Source of the DNA: Polyangiaceae bacterium | Lineage (GTDB): Bacteria > Myxococcota_A > Polyangia > Polyangiales > Polyangiaceae | Assembly (NCBI GenBank): GCA_033763455.1 | Contig: JANRKO010000019.1 | Span: 160,001 to 224,000 of the forward strand | DNA: 64,000 bases | Reading direction: 5' to 3' | Shown: positions 59,601 through 64,000 of the stretch, piece after piece | How the letters are laid out: every line of letters starts with the position of its first letter | Position numbering within the stretch: position 1 is the stretch's first letter | Translations under genes and position numbers: made by a program | Notes under the pieces: generated by a model | What the model was told of the DNA's origin: nothing | Databases searched by the model: none | What the model saw: only the letters and a program-made list of their open reading frames with translations

Positions 59601-62600
59601 GGCGCGCTCCGCGTTACCCGCGAAATCCTTGGCTGCCATTGCCGCCTCGCGCAGCACCTCGGCACTTTCCTCGGTGGATTTTGCAGCGTTGAGCGCCCAA
59701 TCATAAAGTTGGAATAGATCTTCCCAACGCCCACTTGAATTGAACACCAACTTCAAGCGATCGGAGGCCCAGACCGCACTCGGGCACAGCTCAAGCACCC
59801 TTCGCAAAAGCGCAATGACTCGCTCTGCGTCGTCGAACCACTCCTCGTAGAAGTTAACAATACGTTCGCCCAAGCTTTCCGCGACTTCAGGCAATAGGTC
59901 GCCGGCGATAGTTGCGGCGTAGGCCTCGGCTAATGGCCCGGGATCATGCAGCTTCTGAGCGCAGTGCTCCGCTGCTTCCCAAAGCTCAGTGTCAACCTTG
60001 GCGTCCTTGGCAGCAGCCAGCGAAAGCTCGTAGAGCTTCGGATCGTCGTCAGGGCGAAGCTCAATAATCTTCTTAATCCAACGCTTGCGCGCATCTCGGA
60101 GCTCCCCCATTCCCTCGCTCATACTAAGCAGCACTCCGAGGACCTCGCAGTGGGTGGCGTCGTCTTCCGAACTTTCAGCGACGTGTTCGAGAAGCTCTGC
60201 CGCCGCGACCTGGCTGTCGCGAAAAGTGAGTGCCTTGTGCACAATCCGTAACGCTTCGGGGTGTTTGGGCTGAGCTTGGAGAATGGGCCCCACGAGCTCG
60301 AGCGCTGATTCGGGCTTGCGGAGCTGATCCATCAAAATTGCGGCCATCTCCAACTCGAGAGTTACGCGTTGCTCACCATCTGTGCGCAGGCGCAGCTTTT
60401 CAAGGCTGCTCAATGCACCCTTGAAATCGCCTTGTTCCACCTTGAGGGCCGCTAGGTGCTGGAGGGCATCTACCCGCTCCGGGTCGATACCAAGCACACG
60501 TTGGTAAAGTTCCATTGCGCGGTTAGGCTCACCAAACCGCTCTTGCTCGGTATCCGCCCAGTCGAGCAGGATCCCCACGGGTTCGCTCGCACGCTCCGCA
60601 CGCCATTCATACAACCAGCGTTGATCCTCGGCAGCGTGCGGAGTTCCCGATTGCTCCAGAAACTGCTGAAAAGCTTCAACATCGGCGGGAGTGCCATCGG
60701 TTTCAAGCAACTCACGGTAGAGCGCGGCGGCCTCCTCCGCTCGCTCCGGATCGCTGGCAAGCGCGCGAGCTTTTGCTGAAAGCAGCTGGTGGTGCTGCCC
60801 TGGCTCAAGGTCACCCTTCAGGGCCGAATCCACCAACTGAACGAAGGTTGTGAGCGCCCCCGCTTGAACCAGGCGGGCTTCCAACCCGAGCAAGATAGGA
60901 AGCCAATCCCGCACCGTACATGCTGCCAAAAGGGCCGTAAGCGCTGCGGGGAGCTTTTCGTGGGAGCCGCTCTTCGCGTAGAGGTCAATCAGGCGTTCGG
61001 CGGCCGAACGTTGCTTGGGCGCAATATTCAAGACGTGTTCGTACATGCGCCGCGCACGCCCAGTGTCAGCGGCTAGCCCTTCACAGAGCTCAGCACCGCG
61101 CATCCAAGCCTCGACAGCCGCACGCACGTCGAGGAGCTTTTCCGCGAGCACCTGCCCTAGGCGTTCTAAGATGTCCGCTTGTGTCGAGGCATCCGCCGTG
61201 CCGTGCAGCCTCTGTTCAAGCGCACCGCGAACGAGGTCCGGGCGGCCGTATTCACGTGCTAGCTCCTCTATGCGCTCCAACACTTCGTCGCCGACATCGG
61301 ACGTTTCCATCAGTCGTTGGTAGTGTTCGAGAGCCTTGCCGGGGAACTTCTGGAGCTCAGCCACACGCGCCAGACGGAGCAGCGTCTTGTGTTTTCGTTC
61401 CGCCGTTACGTGTGGCAGAAGCGCTTCCAACTGATCGTAGACGAGCTCCAGTTCATCCGCTTCCGAGTAGAGCTCAATCAAGGCTTGGTGTGCGGCAATA
61501 TCCGCGTCGTCCTCGGCCAACGCGCGTTGCCAGGTAAGAATGGCGGCTGCTTGATTGCCGAGCTCCCGGTGCTCAAGCGTCGCAATTGAATGCAAGAGCT
61601 CCTTCCGCCGTCCTGGCTCTTGCTCCTGTTCAAGTGCGGTGCTGTAGAGCGCCATTCGATCGCTTGGATTGCCCTGGGAGACCAATAAACGATCGATCCG
61701 CTCCAACAGATCTCGAGAAGCGGGTGCGAACTCCAGAGCTCGTCGATACACCTCAACGGCCGCATCTAGCTCCGAAGCGTTCGCGAGCGCCTCACCGGTC
61801 AGACGACAAAGTTCCAACATGTCGTCGCTCTGAACCGCGTGCTTCCCGAGAGCGTGGCTCAGCACCTGCGCCTTGGCCGCAGCCGAACCAACCACGTCCG
61901 CCAAACGCGTGACGCGCTCTAGCCAGGAGGGGATCCCCTGCCCCATTTCGACAGCCAGGTTGAGGCCTTGCCCTGCCAAATCTAGTGCGCGGTCGGGATC
62001 TCCAAGGTCCCTTTGCGCGAGGGTCATGGCCTCGTACAAGGCTTCAAAGCGAGCATGAAGATCCGCTTCGAGCTTGCCTCGGACACTGAGCACTTTTACT
62101 AGGCCAGCCGCCGCCGCTTCCGAACGGTAAATAGGCTCCAAAATATCGGCTGCCGCAAGCTCAGCGCCTTCGGTGAATAGCAGCCGTTCCAACAGCACGC
62201 GCGAAGCGCGGTGAGCGGAATCAATAGACAAGGCTGCGCCAAGTGCGGCCAAGGCGCCACGCACATCTTCCAGACGCGCATGCTTCACCTGGGCCAAGCG
62301 CGATAAATAATCTGGCTTCTGCTCGTCATCTACGCAGGAAATCAATTGTTCGAGCGTCTGGGCCAAGCGGGGCCACTCTTGCAGCTGTTCGAGCAACGGC
62401 ACCATGCGTTCCAAAACGGGCTGACGCGGACCATATTTGGAGAGCACCTGGGACCAGACTTCCAGCGCGACGCTCTGATCGTGCTGGTGCTGGGTTCGAA
62501 GCTCCGCCGCTGCAAACGCGAGGTCTCTGGCCTTCTCAGGGTCTAAGGAACGTTCCGCCCTAAACGCGAGAACATCTGCTTGGCCTTCTTTAGAATCAAT

Positions 62601-64000
62601 GCGCGCGTAAATCTCCTCCAGGCGCCCCAAAGCCTCATCTGTCCACTCCGAGCCCAGCAGAGCTCTCCATGCACCGAGCGAGCGCTCTGCGGCTACATTT
62701 TCGCCATCGTAGAGGCGGGTGAGCCGACGGGCAGCCGTCTGGCGCACTGTCTGATCTGGCTCCAGCTTAACAACAAGTTCAAGCGCAGCTCCCAGGCCTT
62801 TGGTGTCGCCGGCTTCACCGCAAAGTTCGACCAAATGGCGCGATGCCGCCAAAATGGCCTCTTCACCCTGACCACCCTCAATTACCTGCTGAAACGTGCC
62901 TTGTGCGCGCCGACTGTCCCCCGTCTTGAGGTAGAGCTTGCCAACGTCCACTCCGATGCGCGCCCGCACACCGGGCTCACGCGTAGTCTGAAGCGCCCTC
63001 GCCAGGAGCAATGCCGCCTCCTTGGGCTGATCTAGCTCTAAGCTCAAAGCCACATAACGTTGCCGAAGCTCGTCATCGCCCGGGCCCGCCGATACTACCG
63101 GGGCTAACAGCTCCAACGCGCCGCCCTTATCGCCTAAGGTATCTTGCCTAAGGATCGCCAGACGCCGCTGAACATCCAAACGGCGAGAACCTTTTACAAG
63201 CTTGAGCTCCATGGTGAGCATGGCGATCGCACTCGTAGTATCCCCTGCACTCTCGTACGCGTCTGAGAGTGCGGCGGCCGCTCGCTGCGCTACTGAGCGA
63301 TTCTCAAGCAACGCTTCGGTCACCGTAATTGCCGCGTGGTGCGTCGGATCCGAGCGCAACAAAGCCTCCAAGTGGGCGATGGCCTCCTTAGGCTCTTTGA
63401 CCTGGTGGATGTACAAATCCACCAGCCGTTCGTGGATACTCCGAATATCGGCGTCAGAAGGTGGTGGTTGTGATAGCAGCTTTTCCTCAAGCAGCTTGGC
63501 CGCGTCGCGGAAACGAGCTGCCACTATCAATCGCTCAATCAGCTCTTCCTTAGCGCGGTCGCTGTCGGGCTCCACTTGCACCCACGCGTGCAAGATCTTG
63601 AGCGCTAAGTCATGCGCCAAGGGTCGGTCGACCACTAGCGAAGCAGCTCGCTTGAGTAACGGGATCTTGTTGGCGTCGTCTTTTTCGGCTCGGCTCGCTT
63701 CGAAATACAGGAGCGCCAATTCCTCAGTTTTTTCAGCTTCGCCGAGCAGACGCTCCAACAACTGAAAGGCTTCCGGATGCCCTGGAATGGCAGCAAGTGC
63801 GAGCTCTGCATAGCGCGTGGCACCGGGAAGGTCTCCGAACATGTCGCCAACAAACGCAGCCGCACGCAGGAAGAGGTAAGCGCGCTGTTCAGCAGCAAGG
63901 ATCTTGATACGGCGATCGGAAGCGAGGCGCTCGTAGGCTAACGCAAGATCCGCTGCCTTGTCCTCGCGGAGAGTAGCCTGGTGCAAGCGCTCCCAGACCT
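53694..64000 (-). CDS. Giant TPR-repeat protein (>3430 aa, 5' end outside the window)
   Basis: Uninterrupted ORF that is still open at the window edge; many helical TPR-like repeats (A...Y..AL..DP); resembles myxobacterial AgmK-type proteins. Confidence 0.85.
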   Translation of the reverse strand, partial: VWERLHQATLREDKAADLALAYERLASDRRIKILAAEQRAYLFLRAAAFVGDMFGDLPGATRYAELALAAIPGHPEAFQLLERLLGEAEKTEELALLYFEASRAEKDDANKIPLLKRAASLVVDRPLAHDLALKILHAWVQVEPDSDRAKEELIERLIVAARFRDAAKLLEEKLLSQPPPSDADIRSIHERLVDLYIHQVKEPKEAIAHLEALLRSDPTHHAAITVTEALLENRSVAQRAAAALSDAYESAGDTTSAIAMLTMELKLVKGSRRLDVQRRLAILRQDTLGDKGGALELLAPVVSAGPGDDELRQRYVALSLELDQPKEAALLLARALQTTREPGVRARIGVDVGKLYLKTGDSRRAQGTFQQVIEGGQGEEAILAASRHLVELCGEAGDTKGLGAALELVVKLEPDQTVRQTAARRLTRLYDGENVAAERSLGAWRALLGSEWTDEALGRLEEIYARIDSKEGQADVLAFRAERSLDPEKARDLAFAAAELRTQHQHDQSVALEVWSQVLSKYGPRQPVLERMVPLLEQLQEWPRLAQTLEQLISCVDDEQKPDYLSRLAQVKHARLEDVRGALAALGAALSIDSAHRASRVLLERLLFTEGAELAAADILEPIYRSEAAAAGLVKVLSVRGKLEADLHARFEALYEAMTLAQRDLGDPDRALDLAGQGLNLAVEMGQGIPSWLERVTRLADVVGSAAAKAQVLSHALGKHAVQSDDMLELCRLTGEALANASELDAAVEVYRRALEFAPASRDLLERIDRLLVSQGNPSDRMALYSTALEQEQEPGRRKELLHSIATLEHRELGNQAAAILTWQRALAEDDADIAAHQALIELYSEADELELVYDQLEALLPHVTAERKHKTLLRLARVAELQKFPGKALEHYQRLMETSDVGDEVLERIEELAREYGRPDLVRGALEQRLHGTADASTQADILERLGQVLAEKLLDVRAAVEAWMRGAELCEGLAADTGRARRMYEHVLNIAPKQRSAAERLIDLYAKSGSHEKLPAALTALLAACTVRDWLPILLGLEARLVQAGALTTFVQLVDSALKGDLEPGQHHQLLSAKARALASDPERAEEAAALYRELLETDGTPADVEAFQQFLEQSGTPHAAEDQRWLYEWRAERASEPVGILLDWADTEQERFGEPNRAMELYQRVLGIDPERVDALQHLAALKVEQGDFKGALSSLEKLRLRTDGEQRVTLELEMAAILMDQLRKPESALELVGPILQAQPKHPEALRIVHKALTFRDSQVAAAELLEHVAESSEDDATHCEVLGVLLSMSEGMGELRDARKRWIKKIIELRPDDDPKLYELSLAAAKDAKVDTELWEAAEHCAQKLHDPGPLAEAYAATIAGDLLPEVAESLGERIVNFYEEWFDDAERVIALLRRVLELCPSAVWASDRLKLVFNSSGRWEDLFQLYDWALNAAKSTEESAEVLREAAMAAKDFAGNAERAIYYFELLNELIPRDARVELALERLYERNNQQRPLIALCEHRLEVADPALAQILRARIASLFMDLGEPLPAFAYIRKIIEADANEPEAYALLERLVGLSPAAPGGTGAATGVSSGTDKDAPADPRAVKERCAELLSTHYDAQKQDQRVVEMLEVLVDTAESIPLRVQRLRRLVEVRLERLDDAQGAFENVAELVRKCPEDAELRALFAKLAERLGSFEAQVSVHVEVGRRETDHALAVVHLSMAARCAYEKLGQRPLAIELYFEVLAQAEAEPKAALLAARELDAMLEAEGRFEERCMVLEKLAALEVEADRKVAALGVAARLAMDVLSDPDRAVDNWRRRLALGPKDRVAQDGLVEALAATPRHRELIEALGARILAPESAAAAKRDAIWVARIYAEKCDDAASAIATWRRVRADHGRDAENYRALHALLSAQGQYRDLAELVRSEAEGEAEASRKAELYRHLGAIHNERTLEPERAIEAFVQGHDWQTAREVAGASRADRELTRTLLEKLMQLAMSAWTLEEGDAQSAPARTVDRAIEELRERGLEEGNHTYVVDLLLRGSKLPFLASRKRQLKQEAACLYSDRLSDPKAATQLLRELFAEDPADEVAAASVSRLAALLAAQGLDTEVTSLWEQQAECKERVLDRAGAALLWARAGELAEHKLTDVDRAIANYRRGAALGGESSLVALSRIYTQQGEHAQAAQVLEWLCAQSPRETLAGRALALANAYVSCNRRRDARARLEQAGSRAIDAGEVRTRLAELYREDKDWDRLAVLLSEEAERAEKPAVRLQCLTEAARLHVEERQRPGEAVPLLEQALALEPDDYRLRLSLSDALLRAERFDAAMEVLREQIERYGARRPKERALVHYQLAKVSLARGQRAEALGELDKASKIDPAHPEVLYALARLAFEEGQLERAERQYRGLLLIIGRETGPNSPTRVESLLDLAAIAEQREDATRAQEFVESAFEAAAEDPREAKALERALQQRGQRQLLVRALRSTLERSNSPLDAITALAQLAELLRETPGQLEAALPELTRRALTLQEQLERNTPNDFGAWSALGRAFEAFGDSDAESRILERRVRAALASGEVALDAEPFYRLAELKLSEKGSVPSGLELLEKALSLTFDPVRAIEILKRTHNLGATDLGSARIIERLTKTLNDPPTRLAALHTIVRFEPENEEAAREAYKLAIQCNDAAQAEAILRTALSVDTRVLKPEFVGFAMLRLAKICEASGRTHEALVLREKAIPFQDAERAPKLRRAVAEAAVAANDLERAVRNYEILRQANPQDREVWEPLLSAYRTLGNTEKLVTLLSATIPLATTQEDRARLRLEEANVLLSEPGREEEAIAGLKQVLSEDSRQVDAALLLSKVLEKLGRLDELTELLNLQLEGAKRRAHLTSILSLSMRLGDLLERQARPTDALLAYQTVLDFDKSSAPALGAVLRLSTTHGNTGLMAEALEGLLKSERGPRAEALCEQLHTLRIERGEDELALEALELGFEACPMSSRILADLVESHRRRGNASAMVRVLGRAFQERPDDEALLHQLVDAYQAAGQPEAALNLLEPLISASPQRSEWLVLRANILRSMSRDLDALDDLDRANALTGTYGDELASTLELAVGRATAETRPALLLRWIDLLLARGERETAGLWLAELVKESPKDKGALRKLAELEEEAGNFVQAGAAYRKLVTLEEGEALTQTALRLAQVCKKAGRIEDARGALERACAAAPNNELLRENLYRVYAETHAHAELGELLLRDAASAADVSTRLNLMYRAVEHLLEPEGDLGRALSVLKEAQELSPESVPGLVLLARAHAVGGDLVAADNVLTTLIESYRGRRAKVLANVHRERARILLLQEEPREALSAMTQAFEMDLKNYEIAMELGLLALDHHDDELATRAFRTVAMMRTGTEEEEGVSQVVKGEAHFHLAVLAQRQGDPRRAKVLVAKALTENPDLAGAQEFLAQLETV

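Noticed and set aside
941..63898. Numerous antisense and alternate-frame ORFs inside long genes
   Set aside because: Expected shadows of GC-rich coding sequence with no independent motifs

Overview
The 64-kb window looks like a Myxococcota chromosome segment, probably Polyangiaceae-like. This is an inference from the Gly/Ser-rich lipoproteins, a giant TPR protein and the CysO-type cysteine cluster. Left to right it holds: a kdpFABC(D) operon with two unannotated small membrane peptides; gamma-CA and miaB; a long-chain acyl-CoA ligase; a slipin (SPFH/band-7) gene; a PA14 protein; a six-gene circularly permuted ATP-grasp / alpha-E / transglutaminase cluster; a LamG lipoprotein; an orphan EGKCG-repeat (HvfA-like) precursor; an Rrf2-cysK-moeB-cysO-cysM-mec operon; a histone-like protein; UvrD; a C45 peptidase; CcmH; a menaquinone cluster lacking menB and interrupted by two unrelated genes; two type II TA pairs; a thioesterase; DUF4920; an APC transporter; and a 5'-truncated TPR protein of more than 3400 aa. 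The most notable element is about 1 kb of protein-poor sequence upstream of slipin (minus strand, 11220 to 10175). In order it reads: promoter, 42-aa leader ORF ending RGSP-UAG, intrinsic terminator, a tRNA-like cloverleaf with an amber (CUA) anticodon, an isolated T-arm, an Asp-type anticodon arm, a circularly permuted (YrlA-like) tRNA module, about 450 nt of densely paired RNA, then slipin. I read this as a candidate attenuator-controlled large ncRNA / band-7 system that responds to translation stress. All calls come from reading the sequence; no searches or folding programs were run.
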